Shown piece by piece: positions 35,239-45,078 of a stretch of 60,778 nucleotides of DNA. Position 1 is the first letter of the stretch. Every line of letters begins with the position of its first letter. The stretch is from a virus (taxonomy: Duplodnaviria > Caudoviricetes): the IMG/VR virus record IMGVR_UViG_3300005529_000041, positions 1 to 60,778 of that record; one strand, 5' to 3'. A program made the position numbers and the translations under genes. The notes beneath the pieces were generated by a model. It had not been told where the DNA came from, did no database searches, and was given only the letters and a program-made list of their open reading frames with translations.

Positions 35239-36219
35239 ATGGCCCGCCCCATCACGGTCCAGGTCGGCCCGCTCGCGTCGTCGTCGGCCAACAAGATCGC
35301 CACGTCTCAGAATCTGGCTGCCAGCACTGGCGGATATCTCGTTCTGAACGGTGCGGCCGGAACGGCGACCGCCAACAACATCTGCCAGTCGCAGACGCCA
35401 TCGGGCGCGGGCGCCCTGGCGCTCAATGGCTCCCTGGTCAGCAGCGGCATCGCTTATCTCGGCACACCGAAGCGCGTTTATGTGACGACGGCTGCCGATG
35501 AGACCGCCAAGACGTTTACCATTACCGGCACCAGCTACAATCCTGGTGGGGGCGTTTTCATTGTGGCCGAGACCATCACGGGCGCGAATGCTTCCGTCAC
35601 GTCCACCAACAATGTCTTCTGGACCGTGACCAGCATCACGGCTTCCGGGGCCACGACCGGAGCTATCACGGTCGGATGCTACGGATCAGCCACCCTGGAC
35701 ACGGCGCGGCGCGTGCTGTGGACCTGCGGCGGCAACGATACCGGCATCACGCTCACCCTGATCGGCAACGGCCTTTCAGGCATTCCGCAGACCGAGGTGA
35801 TCACCGGAGTGAGCGGCAGCACGGTCGCCAGCCAGCTCGATTTCCTGACCATCAGCTCAGCGCAGACATCGGGCGCGGTAGCGACGACGGCTATTCTCGG
35901 CACCAATGGCGTGGCGAGTTCGCCATGGGTGCAGTTCGACGAGTACAGCGCCATGGGTCCGACCGCGATCCAGGTGGACGGGTCCGGAACCGTCAACTGG
36001 ACGGTGCAGCAGACGCTCAACGATCCGGACTCCGCGACCAATCCGGTCAATGCGTACTCTGTCGATTGGGTCAACCATCCTGACAGCGCTCTGGTGGGCA
36101 GCGCGGTCACGACTGGCGTGCAGGGCAACTATGCCTATCCGCCGAAGTGGGCGCGGCTGCTGCTCAACAGTGGCACCGGCTCTGCCAAGATGACTGTCAT
36201 CCAGAACTATCAGAAGTAG
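35239..36219 (+). CDS. Virion structural protein
   Basis: Thr/Gly/Ser-rich beta protein in the structural module. Confidence 0.75.
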   Translation: MARPITVQVGPLASSSANKIATSQNLAASTGGYLVLNGAAGTATANNICQSQTPSGAGALALNGSLVSSGIAYLGTPKRVYVTTAADETAKTFTITGTSYNPGGGVFIVAETITGANASVTSTNNVFWTVTSITASGATTGAITVGCYGSATLDTARRVLWTCGGNDTGITLTLIGNGLSGIPQTEVITGVSGSTVASQLDFLTISSAQTSGAVATTAILGTNGVASSPWVQFDEYSAMGPTAIQVDGSGTVNWTVQQTLNDPDSATNPVNAYSVDWVNHPDSALVGSAVTTGVQGNYAYPPKWARLLLNSGTGSAKMTVIQNYQK

Positions 36220-36224
36220 GCGCC

Positions 36225-36404
36225 ATGCCTGGCTTGATCGACTCCACCACTGGGCTCGAATACGGCGCCGGCCTCAACTGGCTTGACGGAGGCCTCGGTG
36301 AGCCGGGCCTCACCAATCCCGTGATCATTCCGGAATCAACCATGATCACCGAAGCCGCCGACGTGATGATCACTGAGGCCGGTGACACGATGATCACGGA
36401 GTAG
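36225..36404 (+). CDS. Small virion protein with MITExxD repeats
   Basis: MITEAADVMITEAGDTMITE. Confidence 0.7.
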   Translation: MPGLIDSTTGLEYGAGLNWLDGGLGEPGLTNPVIIPESTMITEAADVMITEAGDTMITE

Positions 36405-36408
36405 CGCC

Positions 36409-36852
36409 ATGGCCAACGTCAAATGGTCGGCCTTTCCGGCCGGCTCTGCGATCTCCGGCACGGACGTGCCTGTGGGCGTACAGTCGGGTGCAAATGTGCA
36501 ATGGACCTTTAATCAGCTCGCCACTTTCGTGTGGGCTTCGCCTAGCCTCACTGGTACCGTCACGTCTGCGGGCGGTATCGTGTTTTCGACCGCGAGTGCG
36601 GGACCCACTTTCAAACGGGGCGCCAATGGACGAGTTGGAACTTTTACCGCCAATGGCGTGACGCCAGTTACGGTTTCCAACACGTCCATCGACATCACCG
36701 ACGCCATCATCATCTCGCTCAATACGGTCAGCGGCACGGTCGGAGCGCTCCCGACTATCCAGACTATTACCGCCAATACGGGCTTTACGGTGGCGGCAAC
36801 TGCGCTCGATACCTCGGTTTATAACTATGCGATCATTAAGAATGCGGCCTGA
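36409..36852 (+). CDS. Short fibre/spike protein
   Basis: MANVKWSAFP...VQSG anchor-like N-terminus. Confidence 0.7.
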   Translation: MANVKWSAFPAGSAISGTDVPVGVQSGANVQWTFNQLATFVWASPSLTGTVTSAGGIVFSTASAGPTFKRGANGRVGTFTANGVTPVTVSNTSIDITDAIIISLNTVSGTVGALPTIQTITANTGFTVAATALDTSVYNYAIIKNAA

Positions 36853-36875
36853 CGAGACTTCAATGGAGCGCATCC

Positions 36876-37565
36876 ATCTCTAGCTCTGGAACTTACTCCT
36901 ACGGGCCCGCCGCCTCCAACCTAATGCTGACGGCCTTCGGCCGCATCGGCATCAGGCCGGCAGAGATCACGGCTCAGCATCTGAGCGACGCCAACAACGA
37001 GGCCAATCTCGTCCAGGTGAAGCTCGGCAATCGCCAGCCCAATCTCTGGACCGACGAACTCTACACGCAGACGCTCATCGAAGGCACGGCGACCTACACG
37101 CTTCCCGCGAGGCTCATCGCCATCCAGAACGCCTACATCTCCATCACGTCGGGAGGCGTGACGACGGATCGCGTGATCTGGCCGCTGAGCACGTTCGAGT
37201 ATTCGTCGATCCCCAACAAGACGATGGAGGCTCCGCCGACCTCCTACTGGTACAACCGTCAGATCACGCCGCAGATGACGATGTGGCCGGTTCCTGATGG
37301 CAGTGCCACATATGTCTTGAACCTCCGGGTCTGCCGGCAAATCCAGGATGCAAGCCTGCAAAGCGGCACAACGCTCGACCTTCCCTATCGCTGGCTTGAC
37401 GTGTGGGTGGCGGAACTCGCCTACCGGCTCTCGCGCATCTATGCGCCAGATCGCGAGGCCATGCGCAAGGTCGATGCCGAGGACGCATGGGCGAACGCGG
37501 CGACCGAGGATCAAGAGCGCGTGCCGATCTATATCCAAGGCGTGATGCAAAGCTACTGGCAGTAG
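36876..37565 (+). CDS. Head-tail adaptor-like protein, apparent ATC start
   Basis: GGAG RBS 7 nt before in-frame ATC; SSSGTYSY N-terminus; PNK...PT.YWY.R..WPVPD. Confidence 0.75.
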   Translation: MSSSGTYSYGPAASNLMLTAFGRIGIRPAEITAQHLSDANNEANLVQVKLGNRQPNLWTDELYTQTLIEGTATYTLPARLIAIQNAYISITSGGVTTDRVIWPLSTFEYSSIPNKTMEAPPTSYWYNRQITPQMTMWPVPDGSATYVLNLRVCRQIQDASLQSGTTLDLPYRWLDVWVAELAYRLSRIYAPDREAMRKVDAEDAWANAATEDQERVPIYIQGVMQSYWQ

Positions 37566-37568
37566 CCC

Positions 37569-37994
37569 ATGGCCTACCGCTGGCACCCGAAGTATTCTGA
37601 AACCGATCCAGATAGCCCGCGCGCTTGGGGAACCTGTGACCGTTGCGGCTTTATCTGGAACCTGCATCGCCTGCAATGGCAGTACGACTATCGAGGATCG
37701 CAACAGCTGCAGAACCTGCGCATTCTCGTGTGCCCGAAGTGCTACGACACGCCACAGCCTCAACTCTCTCCGGTGATCCTCTCGCCGGACCCGCCGCCGA
37801 TCTTCAACGCCAGGCCTGAGCCCTATGCGCTGGATGAGGACAACATTCTCGTCACGCAAGGCGGCGACACTATAACCACGCAAGACGGCACGCCCTTCAC
37901 CACATCCATTCCGAATCCGGCGACGCCGGCCAACGAAACACACCTGACGACCAACATTCCGTTGTCCGATCCGCCGCCGCCAGAAGAAGAATAA
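37569..37994 (+). CDS. Zn-finger-like virion/assembly protein
   Basis: CDRCGF...LVCPKCYD.PQPQ. Confidence 0.75.
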   Translation: MAYRWHPKYSETDPDSPRAWGTCDRCGFIWNLHRLQWQYDYRGSQQLQNLRILVCPKCYDTPQPQLSPVILSPDPPPIFNARPEPYALDEDNILVTQGGDTITTQDGTPFTTSIPNPATPANETHLTTNIPLSDPPPPEEE

Positions 37995-37997
37995 GGC

Positions 37998-38588
37998 ATG
38001 TCGGCTACCTATTACCTCGATCTCTATAACGGAGATCCAAGAGGTGGCGGATATTCGGTGCTCGAGGCCATCACTGGCTCGGCTACGCGGACGGACATTA
38101 CCAGCCAGTTGAGCCAATTGCCGGGGCAGGCAGTCATCGCCAACCCGGCAACCATCACGGTAACGACGGCGGCATCTAACCAGGCGAGCGTCAACTACGT
38201 CGCTCTGTTCGATAGCGCAACGGGCGGAACGCTGGTGCGCTCGGCGCCGATCGGAGCGGCTGGATACACATACGGGATCGCCAAAGGTAATCCGGTCGTC
38301 TTCAATCCTCTTGCGCTCAGTCTCAGTACACTCAATTCGCTGGCGGCACGCTTGCAGGCGCTGGCGGCAGTCGTCGCCGACCTGACATCGATCCCGGTGG
38401 ATCGGTTGGCCGCCATTCTGGCATCCAATGCGTCTTTGAGTGCCAATCTGCAGCTCGTTCGGCATCTGCAAGCGTCTCTTGCCTCGACGGCCACCCTGAC
38501 TGCGAGCCTCACCACAGTCGGCTTGGCGGGCCAGTGGGACTTCACCAATCCCGCGCAAAGCTCAGAAATCCTGACCTGCGGAATCTGA
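37998..38588 (+). CDS. Tail-associated protein (paralogue of the next gene)
   Basis: YLDLYNGDP...VALFDSATGG. Confidence 0.7.
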   Translation: MSATYYLDLYNGDPRGGGYSVLEAITGSATRTDITSQLSQLPGQAVIANPATITVTTAASNQASVNYVALFDSATGGTLVRSAPIGAAGYTYGIAKGNPVVFNPLALSLSTLNSLAARLQALAAVVADLTSIPVDRLAAILASNASLSANLQLVRHLQASLASTATLTASLTTVGLAGQWDFTNPAQSSEILTCGI

Positions 38589-38592
38589 TCTC

Positions 38593-38988
38593 ATGTCCGT
38601 GATCGTCGTCGGCTACGAGAATGCGATCATCAACTATCTGCGCGGGGCCGGAGCGCCGACCGCGATCAGCGCCATCTATCTCGACCTCTACAACGGCGAT
38701 CCGCAGGGAGCGGGATCGTCCATCCTGTCTACCATCACTGGTTCGGCGACACGCTCAAGCATCACGTCGAGCCTGAGTGCGGCGTCTGGTGGGTCAACCT
38801 CCAACCCTTCGACCATCACGGTGACGGCCTCTGCGGCAGGAAGCGCGACGGCTTCTTATGTCGCCCTATTCGACGCGGCGACTGCTGGCAACCTCGTCAT
38901 GAGTGGCCCCTTGACCACGCCGAAGTCCATCACGGCGGGGGACACCGTGCAGTTTAACGCCGCCGCCCTCTCCATTTCCATCTCGTGA
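38593..38988 (+). CDS. Tail-associated protein
   Basis: YLDLYNGDP...VALFDAATAGN...GDTVQF. Confidence 0.75.
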   Translation: MSVIVVGYENAIINYLRGAGAPTAISAIYLDLYNGDPQGAGSSILSTITGSATRSSITSSLSAASGGSTSNPSTITVTASAAGSATASYVALFDAATAGNLVMSGPLTTPKSITAGDTVQFNAAALSISIS

Positions 38989-38996
38989 TCTAAGCC

Positions 38997-40616
38997 ATGG
39001 CCAACAACATCAACGTCAAGGACGCTGCCGGCACCACGGTCACCGTGCAGAGTACGGACAATGCCGGCGTACAGCTTCCCGCGCATCAGGTGACGGATTC
39101 GACAGGGGCCAATGCTCTGGCTGTGGCGGCCTCTGGTGCAGCGAAGGTCGAAGGCGCGGGCACGGCAGGCTCGGCCTCGGGTGGTGTCGTAACGGTGCAG
39201 GGCGTCGCTTCCATGACGCCAGTGCAAGTGAGCCAAGCTACAGCCTCCAATCTCAATGCCCAGGTGGTCGGCAATGCCGCTTCTGGCGCTTCCGATTCCG
39301 GTAATCCGGTCAAGGCTGGCGGCAAATTCAATTCCACGCCCGTCACGCTGACGGATGGACAGCGCGGCGATCTTCAGCTCGACGCCTCGGGTTATCTCAA
39401 GGTGTCGCTGGCGGCAAGCCCTGCTACTAACACGTCGGTCAACGTCGCCCAGGTGGCGGGAGCGACAGCATCAACAGCAGCATCCGGCACGCTGAAAGTC
39501 GGTATTGTCGGCAACGCGGCTGCCACTCTCGACAGCACGGTAGGTGCTGGCACCGCGCCGACCAACGCCCTCGTCACGGGGGCAATCTACAACTCCACGG
39601 AGATCAGCCCGACTACGGGCCAAGCATTCGCGATCCAGGCTGATGCCAAGGGCCGCCAGCGGCAGGTGATCATGGATGCCGCCGGCAACACGCGCGGCGC
39701 CAACGTCACGGCGGCCAATGAGATGCTGATCGGTGGCTCGGGTTCGGCTGGTACCGCGTCATCTGCGGTCGTGACTGTGCAGGGTATCGCCAGCATGACC
39801 AAGCTGCTGGTCACGCCCGATGCTAACTCAGCGGTCAATGTGGCACAAGTGGGCGGCTCCAACGTCTCCACGGCCACGACTGGCGTGCAGAAAGTCGGCA
39901 TCGTCGGCAACGGCGGCGCCACGGTGGATTCGACCGTGGGTGCTGGAACAGCCCCGACCAATCAAGTCGTTGTCGGTGCGCTCTATAACTCGACGGAAAT
40001 CTCTCCGACCACGGGGCAGGCCTTTGCCCTGCAAGCCGATGCCAAGGGGCGCGTCCGGCAAGTACTCATGGACGCGGCGGGGAATACCCGTGGCGCCAAC
40101 GTCAATGCATCCAACCAGCTCTCGGTCATCGACGGCTCAACCAGCGCCACGGGATCGGCCGTTCCGGCGTCTGCGACCTACATTGCCGGCGATGCCGCAA
40201 CTGCGCTGCCGACTGCGGCGACGGCGGGCAATCTCACGGGCATGATGGTCGATAAGTTTGGCCGTCAGGTCCAGCTCGTCTCCACCGTCCGCGATCTGGT
40301 CGGCACGCAGACGACCACCATCTCCGCTTCCACGGCGGAGACGACCATTGTCACGGCGGCGGCCAGCGTGTTCAACGACCTGATCATGCTGATCGTCTCC
40401 AACACGTCAGCCTCGACCAACACGCGTATTGACTTCCGCGATACGACGGCGGGGTCAGTACTGTTCAGCCTGCAAAGCAACGGCGGCCAACCGCCGGTCG
40501 GATTCTGTCTGCCTACGCCAATCCCTCAGACCAGCGTCAATACCAACTGGACAGCGCAATGCGCCACGTCCACCACCGATATTAGGGTGTACGCAGTGTT
40601 CGCGAAGAATCGCTGA
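38997..40616 (+). CDS. Fibre-like virion protein with internal duplication
   Basis: About 95-aa segment repeated at 39438 and 39834. Confidence 0.75.
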   Translation: MANNINVKDAAGTTVTVQSTDNAGVQLPAHQVTDSTGANALAVAASGAAKVEGAGTAGSASGGVVTVQGVASMTPVQVSQATASNLNAQVVGNAASGASDSGNPVKAGGKFNSTPVTLTDGQRGDLQLDASGYLKVSLAASPATNTSVNVAQVAGATASTAASGTLKVGIVGNAAATLDSTVGAGTAPTNALVTGAIYNSTEISPTTGQAFAIQADAKGRQRQVIMDAAGNTRGANVTAANEMLIGGSGSAGTASSAVVTVQGIASMTKLLVTPDANSAVNVAQVGGSNVSTATTGVQKVGIVGNGGATVDSTVGAGTAPTNQVVVGALYNSTEISPTTGQAFALQADAKGRVRQVLMDAAGNTRGANVNASNQLSVIDGSTSATGSAVPASATYIAGDAATALPTAATAGNLTGMMVDKFGRQVQLVSTVRDLVGTQTTTISASTAETTIVTAAASVFNDLIMLIVSNTSASTNTRIDFRDTTAGSVLFSLQSNGGQPPVGFCLPTPIPQTSVNTNWTAQCATSTTDIRVYAVFAKNR

Positions 40617-41776
40617 TGATCCTGCCGCCCGATACGCCTGACCGCTGGGCACTTTTGAAGCGGGTCCAAAAAGCCAAGCGTCTGTTCTGGCGCTCGCGCT
40701 GGATGGCCATTGGTGGCGGCCTTGTCATCTCAGTTGGGCTGCACGCCTTTGTACTGCCAAATGGTCAGGGCGTCGAGGCGCGGGAACTGCTCTGGTGCCA
40801 AGGCGAACATTGCGACGATAATCCGCTCGTTCTGGCGACCACTGTTTTCCTGACGAGCGGCACCAGCTATTCGATCCCAGCAGATTGGTCTGCAACCAAT
40901 ACCATCGAGTGCCTAGGAGGAGGTGGCGCGGGCGGTGGCGGCACTGCGTCAGGCCCAGGCGGCGGCGGTGGGGCTGGCGCTTATGCCAAGTCGGTTAATC
41001 TTACGGGCCTCTCTGGTTCCGTCACGATTCAAGTTGGCGCAGCTGGCACAGGATCGGCTGGCGCCAACGGCAATGCAGGCACGGACACATGGTTCAACAG
41101 CGCCAGCTTCCCAGCTTCTGGGCAGGCCTGCGGGGCTAAGGCTGGCGCGGGCGGGAAAAGTGGCTCAGACGCCAGTCCCGGCGCGGGCGGCGCGGGCGGA
41201 ACGGCTGCCTCTAGTTATGCAACCGGGACCGGCAACGTCAAGAACTCTGGAGGAACAGGAGGGTCTTGGGCCGCCACTATCTCAAATAAAGCTGGAGGAT
41301 CAGGCGGTGGCGGTGCCCCAGGAGCCGCAGGCGCTGGAGGCGCTGGGGGTGCCGGTCAGGATGCCCTCAACGGCGGTGGTGGAGGCGGTGGGGGCAGCAA
41401 CGGAGGGACGGCGGGATCAGCTGGCTCCGGCGGTACGGGTGGCGGCGGTGGTACGGGCGGATCGTCGGGTGGCGCAGGTGGCGCTGGGGGCAACGGCGGC
41501 GCGCAAAATGATGGCACAGCAGGCAATGCGGGCGCCAACTTTGACGCCAGTCATGGCTCAGGTGGGGGTGGCGGCGGTGGGGGCGGCAGCAACCCAACTT
41601 CAGGCGGCGCGGGCGGAGCTGGAGGAAATTATGCCGCCGCAGGTGGTGGAGGTGGTGGCACCGGCGTTTCTAACACGGCCGGTGGTGCGGGCGCAGCTGG
41701 CCTCATCGTTGTGACGTATACACCTACGGCAACTGCTGTCGGTGGCAGCATGCGTCTGTTCTTGGGGGTCGGGTAA
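40616..41776 (+). CDS. Glycine-rich virion protein
   Basis: GGGG.GGGG runs, GAYAKS, GLIVVTY. Confidence 0.75.
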   Translation: MILPPDTPDRWALLKRVQKAKRLFWRSRWMAIGGGLVISVGLHAFVLPNGQGVEARELLWCQGEHCDDNPLVLATTVFLTSGTSYSIPADWSATNTIECLGGGGAGGGGTASGPGGGGGAGAYAKSVNLTGLSGSVTIQVGAAGTGSAGANGNAGTDTWFNSASFPASGQACGAKAGAGGKSGSDASPGAGGAGGTAASSYATGTGNVKNSGGTGGSWAATISNKAGGSGGGGAPGAAGAGGAGGAGQDALNGGGGGGGGSNGGTAGSAGSGGTGGGGGTGGSSGGAGGAGGNGGAQNDGTAGNAGANFDASHGSGGGGGGGGGSNPTSGGAGGAGGNYAAAGGGGGGTGVSNTAGGAGAAGLIVVTYTPTATAVGGSMRLFLGVG

Positions 41777-41869
41777 CTCAGGCAGCCACCACAAGATGCC
41801 GTCTCCAAAATCCAACAGCATCGACAATCCTCCTTTGCGCTTGGCATTCAGCCTATCACACATCCTCCC

Positions 41870-44071
41870 ATGAGCAACACCAACATCCTCAACCTGCCCG
41901 TCGCGATTGCCCTTAGCGGCGATGAGTGGATCGGCCCTGTTGTGCAGGGCGGGACTGACAAGCGGGCACAGGTGGGACTGCTGGATAGCTTTACCCAAAG
42001 CGGAGGCCTGCAAAGCGTCAATCTTGTCTTCGCAGGGCCATCGTCAGGCTCGGCGGCGGCGCCGACGTTTCGCAGCCTCGTCAATGCCGACATTGCTGGA
42101 GCGGGTGCTGCGCTCACCAAGGCCGATGACACCAACGTTACGCTGACGCTTGGCGGCTCAGCCTCTACGGCCCTCGTCAATGCGGCGTCGCTGACGCTGG
42201 GATGGACGGGACAGTTGGCGATCAGCCGCGGCGGAACTGGACAGGCGACGGCTGCGGCCGGTTTTGATGCCTTGAGCCCCACGACCACACAAGGCGATCT
42301 TATCTATCGCAATGCCACGACCAATACCCGATTAGCCGCAGGAACGTCGGGCTATCTATTGCAGACTAACGGCGCGGGCAGCAACCCATCGTGGGCGGGG
42401 TTCCTACAGTCTGGCACTGGAGCGATCACGCGCACGTGGAACGCAAAAGTCGCCGAGGTCGCCTCCATCACGGACTTTGGCGCAGTGGCTGGCGACAGCA
42501 GCTCGGGCACCAAAACAGCCAACGCCGCCGCCATCGTGGCCGCTTGGACGGCCGCACCAGACATTCTCATCCCTACGGGCACCTTCTACACCGATCCAAT
42601 CACAGTTCCGTCTGGAGCCCGCAGCATCCGAGGCTACAATCCGGACACGTGTATTCTTTCTGGTCAGCCGACTGCAGGAAACTATCTGGTGACCTTCAAC
42701 CATGCCAGCCCGTTTCGAGCCGAGCGGCTCGGCATTTCGGTGGCGGTCGATGGTATTCAGACCGCCAACGGTCTGCGCGTCCAGAACGCGACCAGCGGCG
42801 CCATCCGAGATTGTCATCTTAGCGGTAGCATCGCGCTGCAATTCAACAGTTGCACGGATTTCGAGATTGAGGACAACCTAGTGACGGCGTGGTGGCAGTT
42901 TGGCATCCTTGGCACCGTCTGTACTCATATCACCATTACCGATAACGACGTGCGGCCTTGTTTTGACAATACGGGCGGGAATGCCATTGAGGTGTTAAAT
43001 GGCAATGGCGTCGTCATCACCGATAATGTGATTGACAAGCCTGCGGTTTTCGGTATCAACGCCCAAGCGCAAGGCGCTTCGTTGGTCGGGCTTGTGATCT
43101 GCAACAACCGGATCAAGGGCAACATTCGAGAAGCCATCATTGTCAGCACGTTTGACGCCGACGTAACCAATTTCATCGTCAACGATAATGTCTGTACATT
43201 CGACGAATATGGCGTTAGCCAGGACTACGGCATTGACATCATAGCCGCTTCAGATGGCTCCTTCACCGCCACCAACGGCGTGGTGTCAAACAACTTGGTT
43301 CGCAAGTCGGGCAAGAATGGCATTGAAATTGAGTATGCCAAATACATCACGATCAGCGGCAACACCATTGTTGATCCAGGGTCCTGGGTGGGCGCCTCCA
43401 GCGCCGAGAAGAACGGCATCGTGGCCGCCGGCCAGTACCTCAATATCGTCGGCAACGAGATCATTGATACGCTCGGCAACCTCGTTTATGCCATCAGCGA
43501 GCAAAGCGTTGGGACTAACAACACGTTTTCCGACAACACGGGAACGGTTGGATCGTCAGGCTTCTACAGCATCTCCGGTTCGACCTCGACCGCAGGGCGC
43601 GTCGCGACCAAGTTCATCCAAGGCGATTATCTCATCGCTGGGTCGGCAGTTCAAGTTTCGCACACTGGAGATACCAACAAGACAACTCTCGCCACCGTAA
43701 CGATCCCAGCAAATATCATGGGGTCGAATGGCTTTCTGCGCATATCGGCGATCTGGGGATTTGTCGGCACAGCGGGTGCAAAAACGTGCACCATCGAATT
43801 TGGAGGTACTGCCTATATAAATTCTGCATTCGGCGCGACAGCATTATCGGCACGCAGCGAACCAATTATCGCCAATCGCAACGCGACCAATTCGCAAGTC
43901 GGATTTGCGACTGGGCAAGTAAATTTTAGCTCGACCACAACAGGAGTGACCACCTCGGCCGTTGACACGACCGCCAACGTGAGCCTCATATTCACAGTAC
44001 AACTCGCCAACTCGGGCGACACGGCCTCTCTTGAGGGCTATCTCGTTGAACTTCTCTCCCCGTCATCCTAA
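41870..44071 (+). CDS. Tailspike, right-handed beta-helix (pectate-lyase-like depolymerase)
   Basis: SITDFGAVAGD, IP.GTF, repeated I.I..N.I units. Confidence 0.85.
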   Translation: MSNTNILNLPVAIALSGDEWIGPVVQGGTDKRAQVGLLDSFTQSGGLQSVNLVFAGPSSGSAAAPTFRSLVNADIAGAGAALTKADDTNVTLTLGGSASTALVNAASLTLGWTGQLAISRGGTGQATAAAGFDALSPTTTQGDLIYRNATTNTRLAAGTSGYLLQTNGAGSNPSWAGFLQSGTGAITRTWNAKVAEVASITDFGAVAGDSSSGTKTANAAAIVAAWTAAPDILIPTGTFYTDPITVPSGARSIRGYNPDTCILSGQPTAGNYLVTFNHASPFRAERLGISVAVDGIQTANGLRVQNATSGAIRDCHLSGSIALQFNSCTDFEIEDNLVTAWWQFGILGTVCTHITITDNDVRPCFDNTGGNAIEVLNGNGVVITDNVIDKPAVFGINAQAQGASLVGLVICNNRIKGNIREAIIVSTFDADVTNFIVNDNVCTFDEYGVSQDYGIDIIAASDGSFTATNGVVSNNLVRKSGKNGIEIEYAKYITISGNTIVDPGSWVGASSAEKNGIVAAGQYLNIVGNEIIDTLGNLVYAISEQSVGTNNTFSDNTGTVGSSGFYSISGSTSTAGRVATKFIQGDYLIAGSAVQVSHTGDTNKTTLATVTIPANIMGSNGFLRISAIWGFVGTAGAKTCTIEFGGTAYINSAFGATALSARSEPIIANRNATNSQVGFATGQVNFSSTTTGVTTSAVDTTANVSLIFTVQLANSGDTASLEGYLVELLSPSS

Positions 44072-44085
44072 ATGGACCGCCACCA

Positions 44086-44313
44086 ATGACAGACAAACCT
44101 AATCCCGACCTCCAGCGCGCCAACGATATGCTCACCGCTATTGAGCAGGAGCGCAATTCGCTGGCCAACCGTCTCGTTCACGCTCAAGCTGATCTTGCCG
44201 CCGAGAAGCGCAAGAGCGCCGAGATGGCAGGGCGCGTGGTGGAGCTGGAGGCCAAGCTGGTGGCCAAATTCAGCAATGGTCACGCCGATAAGAGTGTCGA
44301 TGCAACGGCATAA
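44086..44313 (+). CDS. Small coiled-coil protein (possible spike chaperone)
   Basis: Follows the tailspike gene. Confidence 0.6.
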   Translation: MTDKPNPDLQRANDMLTAIEQERNSLANRLVHAQADLAAEKRKSAEMAGRVVELEAKLVAKFSNGHADKSVDATA

Positions 44314-44328
44314 TAGGTCTCACCCATA

Positions 44329-45072
44329 ATGCCGACCTACACCGATTGGGTCACGGCCCTGTCCAGCATTCTGGTGGTCGACTCCACCAGCGCCGCCTTT
44401 CAAGCGATGTTGCCGACCTTCATCAACTATGCCGAGGGCCGGATATATCGCGAGTTGGACATGCTGGTGGCGAACGTGCGCGACAGCTCGTCATCGACCA
44501 CGGCCGGCGTGCGCAACTTCAATCTGCCGACCGGGATCGGGACATTCCTGATCGTGGATGGGATCAACGTCATCACGCCAGCATCGACGGCAGCAGACTC
44601 AGGAACGAGGAGCCGGCTTACCCCTGTCAGCCTGGATTTCCTTGATACGGTATGGCCGAGCTCGACGGGATCGACGGTGCCTCAGTTCTTCGCCTACTAC
44701 AGCCAGAACACCTATCTCAGCGGGGGCTCGGCCCAGAAGCAAGTGATGTTTGGGCCGTGGCCTGATGCCACCTACACGGTTGAGGTCATCGGCAAGATTC
44801 AGCCGGCGCCGCTATCCTCGACCAACACCAACACCTACCTCACCGATAATCTCTTCGATCTCTTCCTGGCGGCCACGGCAGTCGAAGCGACGGCCTGGCA
44901 GCAGAACTTCGGCGCCGCCGGAGCCGACAACCCGCAGATGCCGGCGACCTGGGAAGCGACCTATCAGACGCTGAAGGCTTCTGCGGCCACATGGGAAGCC
45001 AGGAAACGGTTCAGCGGCGCGTCATGGACGGCGAAGGCCGTCGAGCCGACAGCGGTTCCGCAGCGGGGATAA
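44329..45072 (+). CDS. Adaptor/tail tubular protein A-like
   Basis: FINYAEGRIYREL, P.FFA, FGPWPD.TY. Confidence 0.75.
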   Translation: MPTYTDWVTALSSILVVDSTSAAFQAMLPTFINYAEGRIYRELDMLVANVRDSSSSTTAGVRNFNLPTGIGTFLIVDGINVITPASTAADSGTRSRLTPVSLDFLDTVWPSSTGSTVPQFFAYYSQNTYLSGGSAQKQVMFGPWPDATYTVEVIGKIQPAPLSSTNTNTYLTDNLFDLFLAATAVEATAWQQNFGAAGADNPQMPATWEATYQTLKASAATWEARKRFSGASWTAKAVEPTAVPQRG

Positions 45073-45078
45073 GAAGCA

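Noticed and set aside
36921-38558. 545-aa minus-strand ORF and similar long antisense ORFs
   Set aside because: Expected shadows of high-GC3 genes; no motifs, and opposite to operon direction
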